Below are positions 14,101 through 27,059 of a DNA stretch of 64,000 nucleotides, piece after piece (the first letter of the stretch is position 1; the number at the start of each line of letters is the position of its first letter). This DNA comes from Octopus vulgaris (Eukaryota), in assembly GCA_951406725.2 (NCBI GenBank), contig OX597825.1, forward strand, positions 52,700,001 to 52,764,000, written 5' to 3'. The position numbers and the translations under genes are program-made. The notes under the pieces were generated by a model. The model was not told the origin of the DNA, did not search any database, and saw nothing but the letters and a program-made list of their open reading frames with translations.

Positions 14101-14106
<6 letters not shown>
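12726..14106 (-). mobile_element. 562-bp tandem repeat (2.3 units) with terminal fold-back; hammerhead-bearing retrozyme/Penelope-pLTR-like element
   Basis: Units start at 12726, 13288 and 13850. A perfect palindrome with 80-bp arms is centred at 14026/14027. Flanked by (TA)n on both sides. Confidence 0.85.
13014..13065 (-). ncRNA. Type I hammerhead ribozyme motif (repeated at 13576-13627)
   Basis: Minus strand: tgag CTGATGA tagaagtgtcgtgttgactaatctt GAAA cgtacg TT ctca. Stem III is the palindrome aacgtacgtt; stem II is imperfect; the triplet is GUU. Confidence 0.65.
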
Positions 14107-14153
<47 letters not shown>

Positions 14154-15196
14154 CGTAAATACTATGAATAATAAATATATATATATTAATATAATAATAT
14201 ATAGCAAACATAGGATATATATATCACACAATATGATGATACATAGATGTATAAATATACTGCAGATGTTTTATTATTAACCCCAACCCATGCTAGCATG
14301 GAGAACGGACGTTAAACGATGATGATGATGATGATGATGACAATGATAAATGATTGTAGTGAAGATGTGAATAAAGATTGCTCAAGATTAATATATCTAG
14401 TGTGGGTTTATTTTATGGAAATGTACATTTTTTTCAAGCAACTTCTTGATATACATATATGTGTGTACATATATATATATATATACACATATATATACAT
14501 ATATTACACATATATATACATATATATATGCATATACATACATATATATACATATATACATACATACATATATATGTATATATATACGTATATATGTAAA
14601 TATATATACATATATACATATATATATATACATATATATGTATATATATATATATGCATATATATGTACATATATAGACATATATATAAATTTATATATA
14701 TATATGCATATATATACACATATATATATATACATATATATACATACATAGATATATATATATATGTGTGTGTGTGTGTATGAATGTATATATGATGGAT
14801 TCTCTTGTCATGGATGACAAATGAGAGATCAGTAAAATAAACTGTTGATCATTTTCTATGGACTTGAACAAGTCTCTTGAAGCCTGCTGGTGTCTTGCAA
14901 ACCTTTTGGCAAATGGAAGAAGTTGAGAACTCTGTTTGCTTGAATGCTTGTGGATTATTTACTATGTTTTCTTGACTGGATGTCTAAGCCTACTTTGCTT
15001 CATGCCACAAAACCACAATGACAGATAACATTACCATATAGAGGAGCAGTGTTTTGACAGTGTGCCTTCATGCTTGCATAAAATTGTTCCTGGTGTTTGA
15101 GTCAATTTTGCTCAAATTTTTGAACTGAGAAGCAGTTATTTATATATATTTGTGTGTGCGTGTATATATATATATATATATACATACATACATACA

Positions 15197-15331
15197 TAGG
15201 CGCAGAAGTGGGTGTGTGGTATGTGGCTTGCTTACAAACCACATGGTTCTGGGTTCAGTTCCACTGCATGTCACCATGGGCAAGTGCCTTGTGAGTGGAT
15301 TTCATAGACAGAAACATATATACATATATAA

Positions 15332-15401
<70 letters not shown>

Positions 15402-15409
15402 CTTGTATG

Positions 15410-15441
<32 letters not shown>

Positions 15442-15501
15442 TACATATATACATATATATGCATATATATATGTATATACATATTTATCCTCATATATAT
15501 G

Positions 15502-15535
<34 letters not shown>

Positions 15536-15795
15536 CATATATATATATAATATATATATTTATACATATATATGACTGTGTGTGTGTATGTTTGTGTGTC
15601 TGTGTTTGTCCCCCCCCCAACATTGTTTGACAACTGATACCGGTATGTTTACATCCTTGCAACTTAGGGGTTCAGCAAAAAGACTGATAGAATAAGTACA
15701 AGGCTTACAAAGAATAAGGCCTGGGGTTGATTTTCTCAACTGAAGATGGTGCTCCAGCATGGCTGCAATCAAATTACTGAAACGAATAGAAGAAT
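15197..15795 (+). mobile_element. Degenerate tRNA-derived SINE split by a (TA)n/(TG)n expansion
   Basis: Head ggcgcagaagtgggtgtgtggt...gggttcagttccactg; tail ggtgctccagcatggctgc...actgaaac resembles the tail of the 23724 SINE. Confidence 0.6.
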
Positions 15796-15901
15796 AATAG
15801 ACAATATATATGTACATATATATGCATATGTACATATATATATAAATACATATATGTGTACGTACATATATATACATTCATATATATATATATATATGAT
15901 C

Positions 15902-15954
<53 letters not shown>

Positions 15955-16007
15955 CATATACACACACACACACACATATATATATATACATATACACATA
16001 TATATAA

Positions 16008-16775
16008 TCATCATCATCATTTAATGTCCGCTTTCCATGCTAGCATGGGTTGGACAATTTGACTGAGGACTGGCAAACCAGATGGCTGCACCAGGCTCCA
16101 ATCTGGTCTGGCAGAGTTTCTACAGCTTTATACCCTTCCTAATGCCAACCACTCTGAGAGTGTAGTGGGTGCTTTTATGTGCTGCTAGCACGAGGGCCAG
16201 TCAAGCAGTACTGGCAACGGCCATGCTCAAATTGTGTTTTTTATGTGCCAGCAAGGCAACGCTGTTAATGATCACACTCAAATGGTGTGTTTTTTACGTG
16301 CCACTGGCACAGAAGCCAGTTTGCCGCTCTGGCAACGATCATGCTCGGATGGTGCTCTTAGCGCTCCACTTGCACGGATGTCAGTCATTGAATTTGATTT
16401 CGATTCCACTTGCCTCAACAGGTTTTCGCAAGCATAGTTTAGTGTCCAATGAAGGAAAGGTACACATAAGTGGGCTGGTTACACCCCTGGCATAGGCCAC
16501 GAGGTTATAGTCTCACTTGGCTTGCCGAGTCTTCTCAAGCACAACATATTTCCAAAGGTCTCTGTCACTGCTTGAAGGTTATGCTTCACCACCTCATCCC
16601 AGGTCTTTCTGGGTTTCCTCAACTGCTAGGGTGTGGCACTTTTTCACACAGCTATCCTCATCTATTCTCGCCACATGACCATACCAGCACAGTCGTCCCT
16701 CTTGCACACCACATCTGATGCTTCTTATTTCCAACTTTTCTCTCAAAGGTACTTACACTCTGTCGAGTATGCACT
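16008..16775 (-). mobile_element. RTE LINE 3' fragment with (GAT)n tail
   Basis: Reverse complement of the 19.8-20.9 kb RTE 3' region: (cat)n-tttaatgtccgctttccatgctagcatggg, followed by a decayed RT C-terminus. Confidence 0.75.
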
Positions 16776-17002
16776 ATGTGTATAAAGGTTGAATGTGGAT
16801 TTCTCCATTAATTTGGAGGTTTCCAAAAAAGATTTATTATGTTGATTCTTCATACTTTGCTGGTTGTTTACAGGCATAAATTTGCGAAGATATGAAAGTA
16901 GTACTTCTATATAATAATGTGGTGAATTTACGGAATGAAGTCCCATAAAACCCATCAATTTAGTTAAAAATGGAGGAGACAAGTTGTTAATATATATAAG
17001 AA

Positions 17003-17120
17003 TTTTAATTCCTGCAGATGTTCATTTTGTACAGATATATGATAATAATAATGTAAATTCATGATTGAATTAAATTATACTAATTACATATCAACATACT
17101 CATCAGCGCAGGAAGTAAAA
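17003..17120 (-). ncRNA. Degenerate type I hammerhead motif
   Basis: Stem I ttttacttcctgcg / tgcaggaattaaaa (13 of 14 pairs) flanks CTGATGA...GAAcATC. The GAAA box and stem III are damaged. Confidence 0.45.
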
Positions 17121-19019
17121 TCCTTAATACAAAGAACTTGAGAAGGAATATAGCAGACAAATTGCATCTAGGAGATTCATATTTTTATCCATGCGAGAAA
17201 GAGATGTGAGTAATGTTAGATATATAACCATAATTAACGGCAACAACAGATGTTTGAAGATATTAGTAAAGAGGTATCATAGACATTCCCTCTATAGATG
17301 AGTAGGGAAATTAGAAATTTAAACTCCAAATAAGTAGCATAGGGCAAATATGTATTAGAAATGTCCAGTGGAACGAAACTCCAAGGTTTGAATTAGAAGA
17401 TGAGCTAACCGTTGAAATCATTACATTGTATAATGTATTTTTTAAAAATTTCTATACATCAGAATGAAGTTTAACATGGAGAGATGGTATACAAGAAGTC
17501 AATACTAGATAGTTAACGTAAGCAAATAGTAGGAGAAATAGAGGGATAAGAATGAGTTAAAGATAGAATATGATGTACATAAGGGATTCATGTTTGCATA
17601 AAAGATCATATTAGGTAATACTTATTAATGATAAAGCAGAAAGAAGTAGAAATAACAATTAAAATAGTGTTTGAACTTGCTGTGTCTATAAAGATATAAA
17701 AGTTGAATTGCAATTGGGAATAAAGACAGGTTTATTTAAATAAATAAATTAATAAATTTAGGGGAGATAAATGAGTAGACGAGGAGAAGAGCAAAAAAAA
17801 AAAAAAAGAAAGAAAGCTAATGATATTGCTGTGTTAAGTTATACAGTAGGTGTGTTTTAGTATATATAAAAAAAGATTATGTTAGAGGCAATAATCTAGC
17901 TTAGTATTATGTGAGAAGGATATGTAATGGTAGCAAAGTTGTAGTAGTATTCAAGCTGTACGGGTGTAGTGCTAGTAAGAATATAAAAAAGTATGAGTAC
18001 ATGGGTGCGCATAAGTGTACAATAAATTTACACATAATATTGGAAAAATATAATCTAATAAGGAGAAGAGTGTATGTATATATACTCGTAGGTATACGAT
18101 TAAGGTATGCATATAAAATGTTTATACACAGTAGAAATATGCCCAAACTGGTACAGGGAGAGAAGGGGCAACACACATATAGATATAAATACACACACAT
18201 AATAAATTGTATATATATGTATGTGAAACATACATAGATATGCAGATACACACGTTCATATTAATATACATGTTATTAACTACATATAAAAATCAAACAC
18301 ATATCTAATGATTGACACACAAATATAACATATAAGATCCATACCTAGATGTGCATACATGGGTGTAGACATGTGAGACACCAAGAAGAACTATATGTGC
18401 ATACATGGGTGCTTATATGAGCAGTAAAATATACATATTTATAAGGTATAATAACAAAAACAGTAATAGTTGGAATGGATATTTTGAGATGGGGGAAAGA
18501 GAAGAGCAAAAAGAGGGGAGTACATAGACACATTATGTAAATAAAATTGAATGCAAAAATTATATATATACATTATATACTAAGTAAAAATATAATTTCC
18601 GTTATCCAAACCTATGGAGACAAAAAAGTGTTGGGAGAGTTAGATAAAGTAATGGCCCTGTATATGGTGGGTCATGCTACTGTGATAAAGAAATGTTTAT
18701 GAAAAAAATGAACAAAGATAATGTAAAGTGGATGCAATTGTAAGAAGGAAATGATAAAGAAACAATGTAAAAAGATAGTATATGCTATAGTAATGTAAAA
18801 GTATGGGATGAGTAATTATATTCCAAAGTAAAGAGTAAAATACAGATGTAATTTTTTAGAGAAATATCAAACTAAGCAAAAAGTGAGTGAAGTATTATTT
18901 TAGGTTGCAGAATAGGAATTTGGCCATGTGTTTATATGAGAAAATATTTCATCCCTAGTATTAACCAAATTTCCATTCCTTCTCATTACATTATAGCTAT
19001 CTTCTTATATACGTCTTTT

Positions 19020-19190
19020 GCTGGTCTATTTTGAGTTTCTTGTCATCATATTGGTTCATTTGGGATATTGGATAGTAAGAGGTCAAGTTGTTTCATGAAA
19101 ACATCTATTGCCACTACATGGAGCACCTGCAAATATTTTGGCAAGGAGTTAAATAGCAGGGGGCACTTGAATCGCAAACTATTGCAGTAG
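19020..19190 (-). mobile_element. CR1-group LINE 3' ORF2 fragment (different subfamily)
   Basis: Translation [19 protein letters not shown]...FMKQLDLLLSNIPNEP parallels GPALFNITP...FKKSLDRFLQEIPDKP in the other CR1 copies. Confidence 0.6.
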
Positions 19191-19310
19191 ATGTATATAT
19201 AGAGATATACACACATGCATATATATATATACATATAAATGCGTGTATATGTATACATATATATATATACATATGTATATGTACATACATATATATATAT
19301 ATATATATAA

Positions 19311-19345
<35 letters not shown>

Positions 19346-19348
19346 CAT

Positions 19349-20868
19349 ATATAAGATGCACCAAGTGTAAGCTATGGACACATAAGAGGTGCAGCAATGT
19401 CATAGGAAGGCTAACTAGGAAGATGGTTTTTGTATGTGGCAGATGCTCGGGAGCATTAACCTCTGAAAATCTGCAGAAAACAACTTCCGTCACTTTCCAG
19501 GGGGAAAAACTAGAAGTAGTTGATAGCTTCCGTTATCTTGGTGACCAAGTCAGTAGTGGGGGTGGGTGTGCTGAAAGTGTAACGGCTAGAGTAAGAATAG
19601 CCTGGGCAAAGTTTAGGGAGCTCTTACCTCTGTTGGTGACTAAAGGCCTCTCGCTCAGAGTAAAAGGCAGACTGTATGATGCATGTGTACGAACAGCCAT
19701 GCTACATGGCAGTGAAACATGGGCCGTGACTGCTGAGGACATGCGTAAGCTCGCGAGAAATGAAGCTAGTATGCTCCGTTGGATGTGTAATGTCAGTGTT
19801 CATAGTCGACAGAGTGTAAGTACCTTGAGAGAAAAGTTGGACCTAAGAGGAATCAGATGTTGTGTGCAAGAGAGACAATTGCGCTGGTATGGTCATGTGG
19901 TGAGAATGGATAAAGATAGGTGTGTGAAAAAGTGCCACACCCTGGCAGTTGAGGGGACCTGTGGAAGAGGTAGACCCAGAAAACCTGGGTCGAGGTGGTG
20001 AAGCACGACCTTCGAACTCTAGGTCTCACCAAGGAAATGACCAGAGACTGAGACCTATGGAAGTATGCTGTGCGTGAGAAGACCCGGCAAGACCAGTGAG
20101 AACAATCAAAATCATATCATATATCAGAAAGCAGGGGTTAAGTGACCCATCCGTTCGTGTCCGCTGTCAGCCTCGTCTGGCACCCGTGCCGGTGATACGT
20201 AAAAGCACCATTCGCTCGTGGCCATTTGCCAGCTCTGCCTGGCCCCGTGTCGGTGGCACGTAAAAGCACCATCCGTTCGTGCTCGTTGCCAGCCTCGCCT
20301 GGCCCTGTGCCGGTGACACGTAAAAGCACCATCCGTTCGTAGCCGTTTGCCAGCTCTGTCTGGCCCCGTGTCGGTGGCACGTAAAAGCACCATCCGTTCG
20401 TGGCCGTTCGTGGCCGTTTGCCAGCTCTGTCTGGCCCCGTGTCGGTGGCACGTAAAAGCACCATCCGTTCGTGTCCGTTGCCAGCCTCGGCTGGCCCCCG
20501 TGCCGGTGACACGTAAAAACACCGTCCGTTCGTGGCCGTTTGCCAGCTCTGTCTGGCCCCGTGTCGGTGGCACATAAAAGCACCATCCGTTCGTGTCCGT
20601 TGCCAGCATCGCCTGGCCCCGTGCCGGTGACACGTAAAAGCACCATCCGTTCGTGGCCGTTCGCCAGCTCTGTCTGGCACCTGTGCAGGTGGCACGTAAA
20701 AAACACCCACTACACTTGCGGAGTTGTTGGCGTTAGGAAGGGCATCCAGCCGTAGAAACACTGCCAGATCTGACTAGGCCTGACGAAGCCTTCCAGCTTC
20801 ACAGACCCCAGTTGACCCGTCCAACCCATGCTAGCATGGAAAGCGGACGCTAAACGATGATGATGATG
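19349..20868 (+). mobile_element. 5'-truncated RTE-clade LINE (RT C-terminus, 3' UTR minisatellite, (GAT)n tail)
   Basis: The ORF contains [54 protein letters not shown] and RGRPRK. It ends ccatgctagcatggaaagcggacgctaaac(gat)n. Confidence 0.92.
20145..20705 (+). repeat. GC-rich ~61-bp minisatellite (about 9 units) in the RTE 3' UTR
   Basis: Recurrent ggtggcacgtaaaagcaccatccgttcgt...ttgccagc...ctggcccc motif. Confidence 0.93.
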
Positions 20869-21188
20869 ATATATATACATGCATATGCTCTTATATATAT
20901 ATATAATATACATATGTATATACATATATATACGTACATATATATACATATATATGCATATATATATATACATATATGTATATATACATATACATATATA
21001 TGTATGTATATACATATAAGTATATAAATATATATATATACCTATTTATATACATATACATACATATATACACACACACACATATATATACATATGTATA
21101 TATCTACATACATATATATGTATATTCATATATGAACATACATATATATAAATATATATGTATATATACATATATGTACATACATATA

Positions 21189-21615
21189 TCATCATCATCA
21201 TCATCATCATCGTTTAACGTCCGCTTTCCATGCTAGCATGGGTTGGACGATTTTGACTGAGGGCTGGTGACCCCCAGATGGCTACATCAGGCTCCAATCT
21301 TGATTTGGCAGAGTTTCTACAGCTGGATGCCCTTCCTCATGCCAACCACTCCGGGAGTGTAGTGGGTGCTTTTTATGTGCCACTGGCACGAGGGCCAGTC
21401 AGACTGTACTGGCAATGACCTCGCTCAAATCCTTTTACACATGCCACCAGCACAGGTGCCAGTAAGGCAACTTTGGTAACAATCACGCTCGAATGGTGCC
21501 CTTTTACGTGCCACTGACATGGAAGCCAGTTGGCTGCTCTGGCAATGATCATGCTCGGATGGTGCTCTTGGCACCCTACTAGCACGGACACAAATGCCAG
21601 TAAGGTGACGCTGGT
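21189..21615 (-). mobile_element. RTE-tail/SINE-like element
   Basis: (cat)n cgtttaacgtccgctttccatgctagcatggg...ctggatgcccttcct is the reverse complement of 20700-20868. Confidence 0.8.
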
Positions 21616-21630
21616 ATACATATATATGTT

Positions 21631-21677
<47 letters not shown>

Positions 21678-21691
21678 GAGAACGCTGGTAT

Positions 21692-21723
<32 letters not shown>

Positions 21724-22094
21724 TAATAAATAAAACATATGCATCTATATATATACATATATGTACGTACCTACCTCTACATGTATATATACACGCATGT
21801 ATGAGTACAGGACACCAAAAAAACGTTGAACACAATGAGAAACGAAAACATAGGCACAAACCCAAGGAACTGGACATTTTTCTTAAACAACAACAAAAAT
21901 AGAGTACAGGACAAATAACACAAGGAAAAAAACCCTTCTTCAGTCGCCATGGTTTCATCTACTCTACGTTTCGAAGGTGAAGGCGAGACGTATCTTCAAT
22001 AGAAACTTTCCTTCCTGCGAAAAGCAAATCAAATAAAATTTGAGATCTTTGTGCAGAGGGGTAAAAATGGTAACAAAAACAGGACAATATATAT

Positions 22095-22609
22095 ATCTAT
22101 ATATATAAAACTGTAATTGTGTGAGTGTCTGTCCCCTTCGATTTAGATTCTTAACTACTCCCACATTTTGTGGTGCAGTTTAACCAAATTCGGGTATCTT
22201 ATAGTCGTGATTCATATCAAGCCCATCTGAGTATTAGCGTGCGTCTACGATGAGTCTACGATTTTAAAAATAATTTAACATCATTTTTTATTCCATTTTA
22301 ATGCATAATTTTTCGTGTGTCGATGGCGGCGGAGTTGGCGTCCATGGTCACACCTGCACCTGTTTGCTTCTCCCCCTACTTCCCTCCCTCGTGAAGCTGT
22401 GGGGAAGGGAGTGTAAGGAAATCAACGTCGTAAAGCGTTGTCAAGGAGACCAGCGTTCTTTTAGAACAACGACTTCATGGCTTGAAGACACCAAAACAGA
22501 AATGGCTAAGAAAGCCTGAATTGGCATCTATAAGGGAAGTAACTCTCTAAAAATGCTTATATAGTTATTTCCCTTACAAACCCGAGCAATGCTGGGCGAT
22601 ACTGCTAGT
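22095..22609 (+). mobile_element. Helentron/HINE-like non-autonomous element, copy 2
   Basis: atctatatatataaaac...cccgagcaatgctgggcgatactgctagt; highly similar to 4871-5385 in reverse orientation. Confidence 0.8.
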
Positions 22610-22659
22610 ATATATATATATATATATATACATAGATATATATACATACTTGTATATAT

Positions 22660-23270
22660 AACTAAGAATAACTTAGAAAGGTTTTGGCCAGTATTGGACC
22701 AGGCCATGTCTAACTTAATAGCACCACCTGGCGAAGTCTTTCAATTCAGGATTTGGGCACCGAGGCCTTTTCGAGCAGAGAGTTATTGTTTGCGGAGACA
22801 TATCCAGGTGTGGGTGGTTTGTCCAGGACTGTTTGAAGGAATTTGTCCAAAGACTTCTTGAATTTTGTGTGGTCAGTTTCTGTTTTGACGTGTCCTAGTG
22901 TAATGTTGAAGAGAGCGGGTCTAATTGAGGTGAAATAATTGTGCCGTATTGTCGTTATGTGATGCGATTTAGATTTTTGTTGTGGACAGATGGCACGTGG
23001 TCCAAGCCTTGGATGTATTTTGAAGGTGATGCCAACATCATTTGGACAGTGCTGATGGAATATTTTCCACATCATACAGATAATGTAGCATTCACGGCGT
23101 CGTTGGAGTGAATACAGTTTCAGCTTCTCTAGTCTACCCCAGTAGTCAAGGTCTGACATGCCATCTATGTTTTTTGTGATTGACCTTTGGGGAGCTTCAA
23201 TTCTCATAATATTTTGTTTTGTGTAGGGAGACCACAGTGGACACAGTGGGCAAAAGTGGAGAAGAGAAGG
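22660..23270 (-). mobile_element. CR1-group LINE 3' fragment
   Basis: ORF RIEAPQR...DYWGRLEKLKLYSLQRRRE...FKKSLDKFL, nearly identical to 31210-31985, with a tandem-repeat tail (aactaagaataacttagaa on +). Confidence 0.9.
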
Positions 23271-23489
23271 ATAATATAAATATATATAGAGAGAGAACTT
23301 ATAAAAAAAAAACAGACAAAGAAGGGTGTGTGAACAACAAATAGATGTATTAGTTTAATACTCAGGAAGTGAGAGTACCTTTCATGTTTCAAGCCTACGC
23401 TCTTCGACAGAAAGGAACACAGAAATACTTACATATATATACATACGCATATATACATACATAAATATACATATGTATATATATATATG

Positions 23490-23541
<52 letters not shown>

Positions 23542-23723
23542 TATACATATATACATATATATATGTACATATACACATAGATATATATATATACATATAT
23601 ATATATAGATATATAAATATATATATATACATATACATATATAAATATATATATATACATATATATATATATCTTCATATATATACACATATATATATAT
23701 CTGCATATATATATATATCTTGC

Positions 23724-23945
23724 GGAGCGCAATGGCCTAGTGGTTAGGGCAGCGGACTCGCGGTCGCAGGATCGCGGTTTCGATTCTCAGACCGGGCGTT
23801 GTGTGTGTTTATTGAGCGAAAACACCTAAAAAGCTCTACGAGGCTCCGGCAGGGGGTGGTGATCCCTGCTGTACTCTATCACCACAATGGCGGTGCCCCA
23901 GCATGGCCACAGCTCAAGAGCTGAAACTGGAAAAACAAAAAACAA
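23724..23945 (+). mobile_element. tRNA-derived SINE with retained CpGs
   Basis: A box tggcctagtgg, B-box-like ggtttcgattc, body ending gcggtgccccagcatggccacagctc...gagctgaaac and an A-rich tail. It lacks a closed acceptor stem, so it is not a tRNA gene. Confidence 0.8.
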
Positions 23946-25883
23946 AAAAACAAATATATACACATACATACATATATATATAAACATATCTATATATACA
24001 TACATACATATATATCTGCATATATATACACATACATACATATATATATAAACATATCTATATATACATGCATATATATATATATATATAAATATATATA
24101 CATATACATATATCTATATACATTCATATATATACATATAATTTATAAATAAGGGAAATGAAAAAAAATTCTGTGCCAATATGCTGAGAAATAGACTTGA
24201 AATCGGATTAATTCGAAAAATAATCAATACAGAGATAAGGCATTTTTCAAAGAATTCTGTTAACTTGCTCTCTTCTCAATTCTGCACAATGTGTATTTAT
24301 AGTGATGTATATTGTATGTAGTGATTGATGATTTAAAGTCAATTTCTAAGCATGTCGGCATAGAAATTGTTTTTTATTTTACCCTTATTTATATTTTGTT
24401 TATAATTTTCACCTTAAAATGTATTTTAATATGCTGGCCACTTGATGAAATTTTTGAAAACTGTTATCCTATATTAGAACTACATATATACATACATACA
24501 TACATATATATACATATATATATATATATACATTTATATATACATATATATCTAAATATAATATATATATGTATAAACACACACATATATATATATACAT
24601 ACACATATATATACATTTATACATATACATATATATGTATACATATATATATTCATATATATAAAATATATTCATATAATTTTTTCTTTTGCTTTTATTC
24701 ATAAATTATACATATGTATATATATATGTATATACATATATATGCATATACATATATATATATACAGATATATATATACATATACATACATATATACATT
24801 TATATATATATATATATATATATATACATACACATAAACATATATATATACAAATACTTATGTATTTCATATGGGTTTGATGGTTTGACTGAAGACTGTG
24901 GAGCCAGAAGGCTGCTCCAGGCTCCAATCTGATCTAGCAAATTTTCTACAGCTGAAGTCTTGAGAGCTAGTGGCTGCATGAGGCTCCAATCTGATCTGGA
25001 AATGTTTCTACACCTGGCAGTGTATCCATAGACACAAATTGGTGATTGCAAAGAGACAGAGAACGAGAGACAGAGAGAAAGAAAAGAAGTGGTTCTGGAA
25101 TGCATAAATTGTGACATTAGTGGAGTGGAGGAGGAAACTTATTTTCTGTGTTTTCAGTATGGAGATAAAAAAAAAACAGGTAACTATTCTGGAGCCTAAT
25201 TAGTTGAAATAAGGCTAACAAAACCATATTATTTAAGGAATGGTATATAAAAGTCTTTTAGATCATCTTGACAAAGAACCGGAGGGTTAGCAAGCTGGCA
25301 GTCTTTGCGATGTATGATGTTCAAATTCATGACAAGTGTTCCTAAAGTTACATGTAGAACACATTATTGTACATTATCTTGGTTATTTAGCATTTCAAGA
25401 ATTATATTTGTAATAAATCTATCTTCCAGGCAAGGAAAGATTTACCATTTCATCCAATTAATCTTTGAAAATTCATCTAAGCATCATCCTTTAAAATGGC
25501 CATGGATCTTAATGAATTTTTACACAATAACTTTGAACATACTTGACATTAGAACAGAGTATGAAGACAGTATGGTTAATATTCAATTTGTATTGCAATA
25601 GGTTAGAAATTGTAAGAAAAATTAAAATGGAGAAGAAACTAAGTTCCAAAGAATTTCAATTCCATGTTAGAAGGATTGGCCAAAATAGCCAATATTATGA
25701 TTGAAGTCTTGGTGCAGAAGAGAGATAAATTAGTAGCATTGTATCAGTATATTCAGAGAAATTAAGGCCAATCCAATTACTTGTCCATGTTCAGAGATCA
25801 ACCAGCAGTATATGTGAATATAATCATAATTATATGAATTTACAGAGATGTTCAGCCCATGCTAAAATAAAAAAAAGTAATAT

Positions 25884-25916
<33 letters not shown>

Positions 25917-27026
25917 CATGTGTGTGTGCGTGTGAGTGTGTGTGCACATTTACATACAATTATGGACATAGACATATGAACATACTCATATACTCCTATA
26001 CAATAAGATAGAAGTTTAGATTTATAAGCAGCATTTGATAATATAAGGATAATTTAAGTGCAACTATTTCTAAAACCATCAACAGCAGTCTTGTTGCCAA
26101 TTCTACAGTTCTATAGAACCACCAATTATTTTGTCACAAATTCTAAAGTTCTTTAAGATAACCAGACAGTTTTTGTTCACATTCATAAACTTCTGTAGAA
26201 CCTCCAGATGGTTTTGTGAGCCAACTGCTACAGTCTTCAGAATCAGAAGCTAGAATTTCCTGGCTATGCAATAGCAAATACTAGAGCAAAATATTGAATG
26301 AAGAATTAATTTGGTAAAAAAGTAAGTTGTTGGATTAGATGATGGAACAAGAAAGTCTGCGATGCTGTTAAGACAGAAATTAACTAAGACAATGCTGACA
26401 GAGAATGCATTGGAACATGAATAAATGGGAAAATGAACAAATAATAATAGAATAAAATAATAAAGAAAACAATACAAACACAGAGTTTAAGTAAAGTAAT
26501 GATGTGACAGAGATTCCAGGAAAATGGTAAAGGTAAAAAGATGAGTTATTTACTGAATAGAACAGTATGTTGTACTACAAGTTATGAGAGAGGGGAGAGA
26601 GGGGGCAGAGAGAAAGAGAGAGAGAAAGAGATTAAGCTATGTTAGAATAAATCTGATGCACCGTTATTAGATTAATTCTAGTGTATAAAGAGAATCAACA
26701 TGAAAAGAAAAGAAAAAAGATATCAAGTGTATCTTGGAGTAAATGCTGCAGCAGAACCAGTTAAAGATTGCACACATATATTGCTTAACAGTGTTTGGAA
26801 AATGCTGTCAACAGCAGAATATATATCAAACTTAGTCTTTAGCACTTACGTTCTTCAACACATAGACAAGAACATGCAAAGGAATAGAAACAAGATTTAA
26901 TTTGTTTAGATCAACTGAGAGATATAACTTTGTAGCATATCACTTGTAAAGAAGAAACAGGCAATAAAAAATGCCTTTATATATGTGTGTGTGTATGTAT
27001 ATAAAGATTTTTATTTTTAGATATAT

Positions 27027-27059
<33 letters not shown>

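Noticed and set aside
20145-20705. CRISPR-like periodic repeat
   Set aside because: The intervening sequences are not unique spacers, there are no cas genes, and it is a minisatellite in a eukaryotic LINE 3' UTR.
21925-22010. Hammerhead candidate (minus-strand GAAACGTA with nearby TTGAAGA and CTGAAGA)
   Set aside because: I could not form stems I and II in either type I or type II topology.
23724-23800. tRNA gene
   Set aside because: A and B boxes are present but there is no closed acceptor stem, and it continues into a SINE body and tail.
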